Under the pieces are notes generated by a model. It had not been told where the DNA came from. It searched no databases and was given only the letters and a program-made list of their open reading frames with translations. From Rhizodiscina lignyota (Eukaryota), in NCBI GenBank assembly GCA_010015805.1, contig ML978121.1:3658001-3722000 (forward strand): a stretch of DNA of 64,000 nt. The letters run 5' to 3'. The position numbers and the translations under genes were made by a program. Below are positions 37,750 through 49,825 of the stretch, piece after piece; within the stretch, counting starts at the first letter, position 1; the number at the start of each line of letters is the position of its first letter.

Positions 37750-38897
37750 ATGTCAGCTCCAGCGACGGGCGAGACGCTCGCTAGTCCTTTGCACCCTGAT
37801 ATCCAGAAGCGCTTGGACCCAGATTTCGTTGTCTACTACAACGAGAAAATTGCCCATAAAACACCGACGCACAGGATCCCACTGTCAGAGATTCGCGCCA
37901 ATCCAGCAAAGTATGCCGGCCCATGGTGTGTAGATCTGAGCGGTGCTCCTGGAGTGAAGAACTTCACTGTTACGTCGAAAGATGGCCATCAGGTCAAGAT
38001 ACGAAGCTATTCGCCCGTGGATGAGAAATTTGGCAAAGGACCATGGCCAATTCATATTAACTTTCACGGTACTCCAATCTCGCATCTCATGGCTTTGAGA
38101 TAGAGCTTACGAAGGACAGGTGGTGGTTTCGTCTTCGGTGATCTAACTGCCGACGCTGCATTCTGCGAGAGACTACAACAACGCCTGCCCATTATTACCT
38201 TGGACGTTGAATACCGACTCTGTCCGGGTAAGAATATTGATTCCATGGTCGAGACAAGAATTGTTGATTGTTGAATGTCACAGAAAATCGCTTCGACCAT
38301 GCCATCGAAGATGGCTGGGCAGCACTTGAATGGGTTCATAAAAATGCTTCAGAGATCAATGGAGATGGATCTTCGATTTCACTCAGCGGCATTTCTGCAG
38401 GGGGTCATCTCGCGGCAGTAACTCAACAGCTTGCTCGTGATGCTGGCATTCCATTAAAGCTGGCCATTCTAACAGTGCCGTGCACCGACTACACGACTTA
38501 CTGGCCAACTCCCGAAGGATATAACCTCTTCCCATCCGTTGAGGCAATGAAGAATACCGCAATGCTCGATCATACGCGTTTGACATTCTTCCATGAACAA
38601 GTCAATAACGAGAGGGACCGTGACCATCTTGAGAAGAATGTTCCTCAATGGTGGAAGACGCCACTGCACAATACAAACTTTAAGGACCTCTGTACTACGT
38701 TCATTGCAACTGCAGAATGCGATCCGCTTTGCGATGAAGGGGAGGCATACGGAGTCAAGGTTGTCCAAGCGGGTGGCATGGCTATTTTCCGAAGATACCT
38801 TGGAATGCCTCATCCTTTTACACATATGCCGCTCAAAGGAGCGCATCAGTACGACGAGGACGTTATTGGTACATTGAGACTGGCTCACGGTATTTAG
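37750..38897 (+). CDS. Alpha/beta hydrolase fold-3 (HSL-family) esterase/lipase
   Basis: HGGGF, VEYRLCPE, GISAGG nucleophile elbow, CDPLCDEG, GMPH; introns 38069-38119 and 38228-38283. Confidence 0.92.
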
Positions 38898-39371
38898 ACA
38901 ATGAGACGGAGCAGTCATAAGAGTCAGATTAGAATAATACAGAATTCCAATTCACAATTACCGAATACCATGCACCATGCATTATGACATGTGCCTGCAG
39001 CTCCAGCAATATCTGCCTACTTTGCGGAGAGCATGCTCCCAAAACGGACTAGCAAAACCTGGGGTAACAAGGATTGCCCGCAAGCGTCGCGTCTGGCCAA
39101 CTCTCCTCCTGGACGACCCTGATTATGCTTCTGCGCCTCGCATATGGTCTCGTGAGAGGCCCGCTCGTTATGTCAGACTGCATCACCTGCCAATAGCCAC
39201 TTATATATCTCCTCTCTGCTGTCCCCCATTCGATCCTTTCATTAACGCCCGTCGGACGCCCCGACCACCGAACACGTTTCATCATCCGCTTCCAAGATGA
39301 TGGGCGCACTGTCGTAGTTGAATATTCACTCGACAGCGCCAGAAATGCTTTGCGGCAGCAATATGCCGTAG

Positions 39372-40316
39372 CAATCATCGAAGCTGTCAAATCCACTTCA
39401 CGTTCTCAATGCGTCTGATGATGCGCCGCCGTTCCCCCCGCCATCGTACAGCGACTGCGCCGGCGACGGCCCGAATATCGATGTCGAATCAAGTATTGGC
39501 GACCTCCAAAGAATCCGAACCGACTCTACGGCACCGCCTGATGCCACATCTGCGCTAGAACCTCGCGTTGCAGTCCTCTTAGGTGTCGACAGGACCTGGT
39601 ATGTTCCGTTGCTGTTTGCTCGCGCCGTGTCGACAGCTCCTGCTGTGTACTGGGCTGCGAGATGTGCGTGGACGCTACTTTGGGTATTCATCGATGACCT
39701 CTATGATGTTGGATCATCGAGCAATTGGGATTTTGATCATACTAAAATGGTCACTGAGGTTTTCCTTGCCTTCCTTTGGGTACGTGGCATTATCAAAGAG
39801 TTGCACGGCGTCTCTACTGACAGCAACGAACAGAGCGCATCAGCTGCGTACTTGTCTTATTTTTTCGCCGATTGTTTGATGTCCCGATGGTATGTATCTC
39901 ACCCTCACTTTCTGAATGATTTAAATACTCATTCGGTCTTTTAGGCTTCTCAATTATACCCCCTCCGCAACTCTCGTCCGCTTGCTCGCCATTAATGCTA
40001 TTAATGCATACGCGGTTTCCTGGGTCATTTACTTATGTGGTGCAACGATGAACTCTTGCCTGCTTCTACCTGCCTGGATCTTGATTGCAAGTGTAAGTTT
40101 TGGCCATATTGACTACGTTTACATTGCAATCAGCTTGCACACGCGCAGATCGGACTAAGCTGACATATCAAGCAGACTTTAACGATTCTATACCATCTCA
40201 CTAACCGCAGCACGAACATCAAACGAGAAACGTCTGCTGCAATCGTGGTCTTTTGGTTTTCCAGTTTCGTGAGCATGTGCGCGCTCATTATTTTAATCCA
40301 CATAGGCCATGAATGA
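39372..40316 (+). CDS. EOS1: EOS1-family membrane protein; 5' end unresolved
   Basis: TEVFLAFLW/SASAAYLSYFFADCLMSRW/LLNYTPSATLVRLL..LLLPAWILIA/TLTILYHLT..NIKRETS; introns ~39780-39833, 39890-39944, 40094-40174; no in-frame ATG seen upstream of the conserved part. Confidence 0.65.
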
Positions 40317-40392
40317 GCCGGAATGAGATAAAGGGACACTGGATAATATTTTAGGATCTTTACACCTGATTTAATTCTCTACCTTCTAGTGG

Positions 40393-40851
40393 TTACGCCT
40401 TCAAACCTGGCATCGTTCCCTCAATGAGCTCATATTTACTGTTTAACTGTGCCACACCTTCTACTTTCGGCATCCAAACCGGCCGCCTCTCAACATACAC
40501 CTCGAGCATTGGCCTCCCCTCCTCGCTCGAAATCACAGTTCCGTCCGGATCGTCCAGCACAACTGCCCTGATCCCAACCATCCCATTCATTTGAGGTGCT
40601 CCCCCACTGCGGTACAGCGACGTTCCGCAGTTGCCGCAGAAGAACGTTGTGATTTCCCGGTCATGGTCGGACTGCATCGCGTAGCTCTTTGGCGTTCCAG
40701 AATCGATATGGAAATTTTGCTCCTGGACGCCGTAGACGAGTCCGATTCCAGCGTGCTTCCTGCAGTCGAGGCAGTGGCAGATGGATTTGAAGACGGTCTC
40801 GCCGGTGTATGAGATGCGAGTTTCTTTGCAGAGGCAGGATCCTGTTGGCAT
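40393..40851 (-). CDS. GFA/CENP-V (Mss4-like) zinc-binding protein
   Basis: GSCLC, CHCLDCRK and FCGNCGTSL cysteine pattern; 152 aa. Confidence 0.9.
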   Translation of the reverse strand: MPTGSCLCKETRISYTGETVFKSICHCLDCRKHAGIGLVYGVQEQNFHIDSGTPKSYAMQSDHDREITTFFCGNCGTSLYRSGGAPQMNGMVGIRAVVLDDPDGTVISSEEGRPMLEVYVERRPVWMPKVEGVAQLNSKYELIEGTMPGLKA

Positions 40852-41452
40852 TTTGGGTGTTTATCGTAACTCGCAGCTTGAGGATTTCGGATCGATTCAG
40901 AGAAGCTGAGACGTAGTACTTGAATCTCGAACGGACAGGAGTTGCGCTTCTGTCTTAATCTAAAAGTTTTCCGCGACGAGAATATCTTACGAATCAAGTC
41001 GCTGGTTGCAAAATCCTGTCACAAAGAGACGCCCTAGAAAGCTGGAGATTTATATTTCTTAACCCTTTTTCTTGGAAGTCGAATGTCGCCGACTCGGGCT
41101 AACCCGATGGCCTGTCTTACATGCTGCATCTGAAACACGAGCGCTTCGTTCAACTGTTTCTGGGTAAATACGAACTGATAATTAGGCGGATGCGGTGTCC
41201 AAGCGTCCCGAATTAGAAGCTAGACGAACCTAAACGAACCCATATACGAAGTACTATTACGGGCGTACAGCAGCTTGTATCTTACGTATATCGTCCGCTG
41301 GTGTCCGTTACACAATGCCCCACTTGGGGGGAGCACCTCTATCTATAGTCAATGCAAATGGGTTAATCCAATACATAAAATTGAAGTTTCTTCCTACCAC
41401 CATGTATCAATCACTGTGGCACAGAACGTAGTTCGCAGTGAGAGGATTGGTC

Positions 41453-42712
41453 TCATCCCACTCCTCCAGCACCCCTTTCAAAGACCTTCACACTCCCATC
41501 AGCCTTGACACAATACAGCATCTCCTTCTCTTGTCCCTCCACTCCTTCATTACTTGCCACCTCCTCGTCACCAGAATCCCATGCTCCTCCTGGACTGACT
41601 CTCAGGACCCCGCTGACGTCGCTTGCCCATCCGCTTTCTAATCGTCGCAATTGGAAAACAACGCGTGCACGATGCGCAAGCGACATCAAGAAGGCTGAAT
41701 GATGCGACTCTAAAGGTGAGAATGCCCGTATTGCAGCTTCTTCGCGGTCAAGCTCAGCGGTTGCTGCGGCTGTGAGATGTGGATCTGCGCCGACGCCGAC
41801 CACAGTTGCTTGAACGTATTGCAGTTGTGATAGAGCAGTTATCGTTGACAAAAGAGCAGGAAAACATTTTGATGGGTCCTGTGTCGTTGAGAGGAGTAAA
41901 TCGGGCTGATCGAGGATGAGAAGAACACGTGGTTCCTTAGAGTCTTCAGAAGAGGCTTGCGTAGCAGTGACAAATTCTTTAGCTCTCAGAGTCGTATTCT
42001 CCAGTGATATGAGAGAATCTGAAGACAGAACGTAACGGCCGTTCTCTGCGGGTAGTTTGACAGGACGACGTATGCTAGCACTGCGGCTATCCTGCTTCAG
42101 TTCTGGAGGGCCCGGAGAGAGATTTCCTTGCTTCCGGGGGGCTGGGTCGATCGGACTCATGTTCAGCACTGTAGGTGTTGTACCTGGTGACCGTATGCTT
42201 TGAGGACTTTGCTTAATCGGGATTTCTCCAGAACTGTACTCTTCTTTGGTGGGCACTCTGTGATTGGAAGAGTCGAGCAAACCAGTCAGCCCGTCTACAA
42301 AAGCAAACCGGTGTTGCTGAGCCAGCTTTGCAATATCAAGACCCTAGAGCATAATGAGAAACCGTACTCTGAAGTAAAAGAGAAACTTGAATTTGCAATA
42401 TACCGAATCCGACATAAAACGGCGGTCCCATCCCTCCGACTTTGGGGAACTTACTGAAGTCCTTCGTATTTCCGTTCTCCAACTATCCCAGTTGCTCATC
42501 CAACTGACGAGAACGACTCGTGTGTCCTCGCCTGCTCCGGCTTCCGTCTCTTCTCCATGGCGCGACGGTCCAGCAAGGGCAGCGATGAGATATCGCTCTA
42601 GCACCCAATTCGCAGATGCGCCAAGGACACTCGTAACTAAGGAGAGAGAGACTTCCGGAGGCAGCCGTAGGTACTGCGTAAGGAGTGGCGGAAGAGCCTT
42701 TTCTGCACTCAT
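41453..42712 (-). CDS. ELP6: Elongator complex subunit 6
   Basis: LPPEVSLSLVTSVLGASANWVL, VVLVSW, FAFVDGLT, LILDQPDLLL, LESGWASDVSGVLRV, VKVFERG; intron 42344-42454, phase 0. Confidence 0.8.
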
Positions 42713-42927
42713 TCGTGGAGATTTCACATTCAAGTTCTGACTGCCGGACATGGGATGACCTCCAAGATAATCTTTAAGCCCCATAACTGAATCTGTACTA
42801 GCACCGGGTAGATCCTTATGCATTATCTTATCATAGATCCAACTCGAATTTTTTGGTGGAGGAGAATATCGCTTTCTCTGTTCCCAAAGCTCTAAATTAT
42901 CATCTTTAGAAACTCTAGCGCGTCACA

Positions 42928-44151
42928 ATGGAACCGCAAGAAGCAACCGAAGAAGATATTCTCCTTGCGCAGCGCATAATCTCGGCTGCCTCGCGACACG
43001 ATCTCGCCGCCCTCCAAATCCTCCTCAAAGATGGCTCTGCCAACGTTCAAGACCCCACGACCGGAACAACGCCCCTTCACGCAGCAATAGCAGCTTGCAC
43101 TCCCAATGACGCAGCCGAGACAAATGTCGATGAGGGCAAAGGAAAGGCCAAAGGCTCAGCGCGGACGGAGGAGGGCGCGGTGAAGATTGTGGAAGAGCTG
43201 CTTCAGAATGGCGCTATATGGAACGATTTGAACAAGGACAACGAGACGCCAGGATGCGTTGCTCACCGATTGGGGCTTATGAAGCTATACCAGATAATGG
43301 TTGAGGCGGGCGTGCGCGCTGAGCTTCTCTTCAGCAAAATGGATGAGCTCGACTTGGACGAGACCGACAACGAGCCTGCTATCATACCAAAGAAGAACCC
43401 ACCAATACAGGGCCTGCAGGAGTCGGAGCAGATAATGAGAGATGGTGAAGATGATGATGTGTCACTAGACAATCATGCTTATCTCAAGTCCAAGCTCCGA
43501 TTTCAGCCAGGCATACTGTTGGACGAGTCTCATAATGCTGTCATGATGGACTGGGAGACTGCCATAATGACTCGACATGCAGAGACGCTGCTGCCATCCC
43601 CTGGTTTAAGAGCTATGAATGTGGGACACGGAATGGGTATTGTGGACCGAGCGATTCAAGAGCGAAAGCCTAAAGAGCACCATATTGTCGAGGCGCACCC
43701 GCAGGTGCTGGAGAAGATGAGGAAAGAAGGCTGGATGGACAAGCCAGGCGTTAGAGTATGGGAGGGCAGGTGGCAGGATGTCTTGCCGCGAATGGTAGAA
43801 CAAGGAGTTTTGCTTGATGGAATCTACTATGATACTTTCGCAGAGGACTACAAAGCACTGAGGGAATTCTTCTCGGAGTGGGTCGTGCAGCTGTTGGACC
43901 CATCCGGAGGCGTAGACGAGGAAGGAGGGCTTTTTGGGTGGTACAATGGTTTGGGCGCAGATAGGCAGATTTGCTACGACGTGTACACCAAGGTGGCCGA
44001 GATGGATCTGTATGAGGCGGGTTTCGACACCAAGTGGGAAGACATCGCGGTCCCAGAAAGCTTGCATGGGAGCGAGGCATGGAAAGGAACACGAAGACCG
44101 TATTGGGCTCTGGATGTTTATCGGCTCCCGGTCAATACTTTCATTAAATGA
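42928..44151 (+). CDS. RMT2: Protein arginine N-methyltransferase 2
   Basis: Ankyrin-like N-terminus (TPLHAAI, GAIWNDL..ETPGC), VMMDWE, NVGHGMGIVD, IVEAHP, GIYYDTFAEDY, NGLGADR. Confidence 0.93.
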   Translation: MEPQEATEEDILLAQRIISAASRHDLAALQILLKDGSANVQDPTTGTTPLHAAIAACTPNDAAETNVDEGKGKAKGSARTEEGAVKIVEELLQNGAIWNDLNKDNETPGCVAHRLGLMKLYQIMVEAGVRAELLFSKMDELDLDETDNEPAIIPKKNPPIQGLQESEQIMRDGEDDDVSLDNHAYLKSKLRFQPGILLDESHNAVMMDWETAIMTRHAETLLPSPGLRAMNVGHGMGIVDRAIQERKPKEHHIVEAHPQVLEKMRKEGWMDKPGVRVWEGRWQDVLPRMVEQGVLLDGIYYDTFAEDYKALREFFSEWVVQLLDPSGGVDEEGGLFGWYNGLGADRQICYDVYTKVAEMDLYEAGFDTKWEDIAVPESLHGSEAWKGTRRPYWALDVYRLPVNTFIK

Positions 44152-44812
44152 GGTCCACTCTGCCCTGCGTCATGTCGAAAGCTATCTGGCCCTGCTGCGA
44201 TCCTTTATCTCCAACAAACCACAACACAACCCAGTGCTTTGGATTCTGCCACGGAGCAGTTTAGATCGCTGATCAGCAATCACCGCCGGATGTCTTGTAG
44301 GAGTTCCAGAGGAGATCTGATAAGGTCGCCGACCTCAAGACAGATGAAGACAATATCTGCTGTGAGCAATTCCTGGCATTCTTGCTGTTACAACCTCGGG
44401 GCGCATTGTGGAGTGGCAGTTTCAGCGAGTGAGAGGAGTCCAGCGCATCATTTCTTAGCTATATTGTCAGGGAGATTAATTAACCATCCGGCTTCCGGTG
44501 TGTCATTGAGATCAGTGGTGGGGAGATTTCACCACTCGATGTAGTCTGCATGGTTTACGTCAAACCAATGCAGCTCTTATTAAAAGTTTTCAAATTCTCT
44601 ACTCATCAGTGTCACGAGCTCTTCTTGATAGATGAGTGTGGAGCTTATCACCAGATAGGTCCAGATAGGTCCAGCTCTTTCGGCAAGAGGATCCGCTCGG
44701 CGTCATAACCTCCGCCCCACTTGGCATATGATATCAGAAGACTAATAGGACGTCAAGCTTTCACATTACAACCTCACTATTATTCAATTATAATCTCATA
44801 GGAAGTCCCAAA

Positions 44813-46009
44813 ATGACTGTTACGCCATCTTACGTCCCACCCAAGTCGACTCAGCCAAAGCCAGAGGTACCAAAATGGGTGCCTCCAGAACCGACAAAAG
44901 AGGACATTGATTGGGCGAAGCTGCGGACGATTGAGTTGTCACTACTCGATTCTCCTGATCCTGCCGTTGTCCAAAAGCTGGTCGAAACGACCAAAGCAGC
45001 CATCAAAGAAGATGGCTTCCTCTACTTGACGAACTATGGCGTCTCTCTGGAGGACTTGCATCGCCAATTCGACCTCGCCCAGTACATGCATGCAAACATA
45101 TCTCCAGAGGACAAGGAAAAGCTTCTCTGGGATCCGTCAAAGGGTACATTTGCAGGATGGAAGCCACGTCACGGTTGGAAGAGGGAGGCCGGGAAATACG
45201 ACGGAATTGAGCAGTTCAATTTCTATGAACCGCAGTTCAAAGACTACGATCTCCTTCCGAAGTGCATCTTGCCGTTCATGGATGAGGTTACTTCGTTCTG
45301 CAACTATCTCACCACCGTTGTGAATCGGAGGCTGCTGACGCTTCTGTCGAGAGTACTGGAAATGCCAGATGATACATTATGGGATACAGTACAGAGCCGG
45401 AACGGTCCGGTCGGAGATGGGTACTTTAGGCATGCTTTGTTCTATCCATTGGATTCGGATCAGAGAGTCCAGAGGAAAGATGTTAGGATGTACGGCCATT
45501 GCGACTATGGCACGACGACCATGTTGTTCTCTGTCCCCGTCACGGCGTTGCAGATTTGGTCGTCGAAGGACAACAAGTGGAGATATGTCAAGTACAATCC
45601 TGGCTCCCTGGTGATTAACCTAGGCGAGACCCTGGAGGTCATTTCAGGTGGCCATTTCAGGGCGACGCTCCACAAGGTGGCTCAACCACCGGAGGACCAG
45701 GCCGGTTGCGAAAGACTGTCCATCGTGTTGTTCAACGCGTCCAAGGCCGATATGAGACTGCAACCATTTACGCACAGTCCTTTGATCCAGCGCGAGGGAT
45801 TTATGATGTCGTCAGGAGTCTTCAGAGAGTACAAGAGATTACTGGATGCTGGGGCGCCTGTGCCGACGAACAAGGAATGGAGAGAGGCCCAGGTCAGTAC
45901 GAGAGTTCAGGTCGCGCCAGAAGAAAAGAGCGGTGGGGTGAAGTACATCAATGGGGTAAAATATGGAGAAGATACTTTCCATGGTGTGAAGGTCTTGATG
46001 CCAGTTTAA
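44813..46009 (+). CDS. 2-oxoglutarate/Fe(II) dioxygenase (DIOX_N + 2OG-FeII_Oxy, IPNS-like fold)
   Basis: GFLYLTNYGV; HCD...H facial triad (GHCDYG, ATLHKV); RLS motif; intronless 398 aa. Confidence 0.92.
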   Translation: MTVTPSYVPPKSTQPKPEVPKWVPPEPTKEDIDWAKLRTIELSLLDSPDPAVVQKLVETTKAAIKEDGFLYLTNYGVSLEDLHRQFDLAQYMHANISPEDKEKLLWDPSKGTFAGWKPRHGWKREAGKYDGIEQFNFYEPQFKDYDLLPKCILPFMDEVTSFCNYLTTVVNRRLLTLLSRVLEMPDDTLWDTVQSRNGPVGDGYFRHALFYPLDSDQRVQRKDVRMYGHCDYGTTTMLFSVPVTALQIWSSKDNKWRYVKYNPGSLVINLGETLEVISGGHFRATLHKVAQPPEDQAGCERLSIVLFNASKADMRLQPFTHSPLIQREGFMMSSGVFREYKRLLDAGAPVPTNKEWREAQVSTRVQVAPEEKSGGVKYINGVKYGEDTFHGVKVLMPV

Positions 46010-46550
46010 GGATTAGTCCGTACAAGGATGTCGGACGCTTCAGAAGCGTTCGGTGGTCAGTAGTGTGAGAGTTATACGTGTGAGGACAAAAATTGATATC
46101 GTATGCGTTCGAGCTAAAAGATTGGAGTTGTGATTTATGTAAGCGAAATCCTCAAAATGCATCTGCCGTGTTCCTATGACCTTTTCAGGATGCAGAGTCT
46201 CACTTGAGGCTGCTTGGAGGCTTGGCCTGGATGAGCCTTTTCGCTTCGGCAGCAGACCTCTCTCTGCCACCAATTCACCAATAAAGAAAATACCCTGACT
46301 TCCGCGCGGTTCCGCCTGCCAGGCGTTCGGAAGAGATGCAGCGAACGCTGTGAAGTTTATTCTTGGTTCGTTTGGAGGGAGGGTGTGCGAGGAATTCAAC
46401 ACACCAGAAGGCAGGTTTCGAATTTGAATTTGTGCGTTTCCTCTTCAGACATGCTGCATTCTCTTCTTACCTACGTGTCAAATGCTTTTCCAGTCCCACA
46501 CAGTGCTTGTCTTGAGTTTCTTGGTACGATATTCTGACAAAACAATCATG

Positions 46551-46926
46551 CACGTGGTGGAGAGCAAATGATTCATGTCCCAAATTGAAGCCTTGGTGCA
46601 GATCCGGAAGCAAGTAAGCCGTCACGGAACCAGCGCATTTCTCCCCGCGAAGGCCCACTGTACACGAGTCTGACATGTGGAGGACCGTGGAGGTACCCGT
46701 GGATTCCTGGAGATTGCGGGGACAGGCTTATGAAGGGCCAATTGCCTTTTTGTACTGATATGTCAACTGGAGCTACCCGGCAAATGTCTCAGGGGGAGAA
46801 GGTCTCAGGAGGACGCCAAAGAGCGGCAGTTGCGCGTCCCAAATTGCCGGCATTGGATCTCCTAACGCCCGTCAGCACGGTGAGCACCTGCAGGTCAAAG
46901 CTATCAATACCCTCGGACTTCCCCAC
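46551..46926. promoter_or_regulatory. Cluster of CreA/Cre1-type SYGGRG sites upstream of the MFS gene
   Basis: SYGGRG (either strand) at 46557, 46643, 46677, 46687, 46707, 46716, 46767, 46921; CACGTG at 46551. Confidence 0.45.
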
Positions 46927-46986
46927 AAACAGAAGCTGTTCGCAGCAAATTTTCTGTAAACGCGTGCTGTTTGCCCTCCTCCAATA

Positions 46987-49042
46987 ATGGCCGATCCAAA
47001 CCAAATCCAGGCGGACGCGTCAAAGGATCAGGAAAATCACACCACGACAATAGAGCACGTCAAGGACATCAACAATGCTCTCACCCAGGTCAACACATAC
47101 GAAGATGATGTTCATGTACACCTGGGATGGCGGTCGTGGCTAGTTGTACTGGTGACATTGTTCAGGTAAGAAACTTCATCGCCTCACGGAAGTGATTTTG
47201 TTGAATCGAGCTAACATATCGTAGCAATATCACACAGGTCTACGTCGTCGTCGCTGTTGGAACTGTTATTGCCTTCATCATTCGAGACCTCGGACAGCCC
47301 GGACTCGCAGGATGGGCTATTCAAGGTCCTCTTCTCATGCAGAGTGTCCTGGCACCGTCAGTTGGACGATTGTCGGATGTCATCGGCCGCAAAAATCTGG
47401 TGGTCGGCCTTCCGCTCATCGCTTTTGCTGGTGCCTGTATATGTGCAAAATCGACCGGCATTAACATGCTCATCGGAGGAAGTATCCTGACTGGTTTCTC
47501 GCTGTCAACACTCGCAATTGTCCAGGCTATTCCTTCGGAGGTTCTTCCCCTGAAGTATCGAACGATAGCCAATGGATCTGCGTTCCTTGGAGGAGCGATT
47601 GGAGGACTGTATGAAGCCAATTCCTTGAATGATTTGGAGTCTTCTTGCTGAATGAATACTAACTCTCACTTCAGTGTCGGTGGTCTGGCGGCTGGTGCTC
47701 TGACAAACCAGAATGTACATGGCTGGCGTAACACGTTTTGGCTCCAAGCGGCGCTGCAACTCACGACTTCGCTACTGTTCATCGTCTCCTACTTCCCGAA
47801 GCGACGCTCCGACTACGAAAGGCTCAAAATCTCCGAGTATCTGTGGCTCATGGACCCCATTGGTACATTCCTCTTCATCGGTGGCACGACTCTTGTACTG
47901 TTGGCATTCGATTGGGCTCCGGATACCTATCCATATAGCAACGTACATGTGGCGGCACCCATGGGCATTGGATTTGCTCTATTGGTCCTCTTCGGTCTCT
48001 ATGGTGAGTAACTCCGACGAACCCGGTTGAACAGAGATCTAATATATAGTATTCTGTAGAATGGAAAGGACGCTCCGATGGTCTGATTGCGCACGCTTAC
48101 TTCAAGAATGGATATAACTTTGGCTTGGCTACATTCGCATTTGGCGTAGAAGGGTATGCAGTAGAATCTGAAAGCTTGTTTTCCACAGCTAACTATTGGA
48201 AGGTGGATCTTCTTCAGTGCCGTAAACAGCATCACTCCTCAAATTGCGCTCAATCTCGGCTGGGAGGATGACTCTTGGAGGATTTCGATCAGGCAGCTTG
48301 CGTACCAAGTTCCAACCATTTTCGCATCCATCCCCATCGTGTAAGAAAGCCCCAGGAAACAACTTTGAAGGGAAATTAATTAATCACAAATAGATGGTAC
48401 TCAACCAAATACAAGGACCTGAAATCACCATTGATTGTTACCTACGTACTCTTCCTCGTCATCACAATCTGTTTTGCGACGGTTAAGCCAAGCGAAAACA
48501 ACTCCGAATATGCCTTCCTTCTCCTCTCAGGTCTCGGCCAGGCAGGGCCGTTGACTCTTCTCGTCGCATTGGTCCAGTTCACGGCTCCACACGCGTTTCT
48601 TTCTACCGCCACAGGTCTGGCGTTCTCCGCTCGTGCAATTGGCGGAGCTTTCGGATCTGCGGTGCTGGACGCCATTATCAACGGCCACATTGCCTCTCAC
48701 CTCGTCCCGGAAGTCGGTGGTGCAGCAATCAATGCGGGCTTGCCATCATCTTCCGTGCCAACACTGCTGAAGGCGTTTGACGCTGGCACGGGTTTCGACG
48801 CAGTCGAAGGCTTGAATGCAACCATTCTCGCAGCGGCTTCGAGTCAGAGGCACTGGACGTATGCGCATGCCTATCGTCTTGGGTGGAGCAGTATCATCCC
48901 ATTCGTTGTGCTTGCGCTTGTAGCTGTTGCTGTCACGAAGAGCGTGAAGGAGCAAATGACTGAGCATGTCGAGGCACCTGTAGAGAAGATGCCACTCGAG
49001 TCGGCAAAGGGTGTGGAAGGGCAGGAGATGAATAGCGTGTAG
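46987..49042 (+). CDS. MFS transporter, TRI12 (fungal trichothecene efflux pump)-like 14-TM family
   Basis: GRLSDVIGRK, IPSEVLPLKYR, GWRNTFW, DPIG, RAIGGAFG; five canonical introns (~47166-47224, 47609-47674, 48005-48058, 48154-48203, 48341-48393). Confidence 0.88.
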
Positions 49043-49454
49043 GGGCATAGCATACAAGTTCGTTGAGCACGGACTGCGTTCAACACGGGAATGGCGTGGC
49101 AATCCGCACAGCCGACCTTAGTTAGCAATACAATTGTTTGACTTCATTTCCTTTAGGCTTTAGCCTATCTACATAAGCCATTCAACAGGTGCAAAGATCG
49201 CCAGTGTGTAATTTTTCTCTCATTCCACGGAGGTCATGGCAGTCTTGACCTCGGAGCGAGTGTGACCTGATATTCGAGAATGGAATAGTAGTCGTCCTGA
49301 GCGTCGAAGGAGCGGTCATTCCGACTCATCCTCCACCGTGTTCGCAGAGATATTATTTGTCGGTGAAGTCAGTGTCGATTCCTGTCGATTCCTGTCGATT
49401 AGTCTTGGCCTTGTTCTGGGCACACGTCTCTCAAATGGTAGGCATGTGATTAGA

Positions 49455-49810
49455 ACACCCAGGCGGAGCTGGAACAGGCCTCCCAGGATGAGGAGGCGGA
49501 ACAGGAGGAAGCGATATGGGAGTCCCAGGCAGACCTAAAATACCATGCTCAGGCGAACCCAGAACGAAAGGAGGCCCGGAAGTAATAGGCGGCCTAGATG
49601 CACTACTACAAGACTTCAGATCTGAAAAAGGAGTGCAGAAAGAACAAGAGACTCATATGTAGTAACAGGCGGGGAAATTGTAGTAAGAGAAGACTCCATG
49701 ATTCCAAGGAAAGGTCCAGAAAGGCCATCAACAGGAGGCTCAAATGTAGTAACAGGCAGCTGGAATGTGATAACAGAAGACTCAGGACCACCGAGAATAT
49801 CAATACCTCT
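49455..49810 (+). pseudogene. Decayed Gln/Glu-rich repetitive coding relic with paired TAG TAA stops (RIP-like)
   Basis: QAELEQASQDEEAEQEE... followed by repeated atg tag taa cag gc (49657 and 49744, period 87) among CAG/CAA/GAG codons. Confidence 0.5.
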
Positions 49811-49825
49811 CTACATCATCGAATC

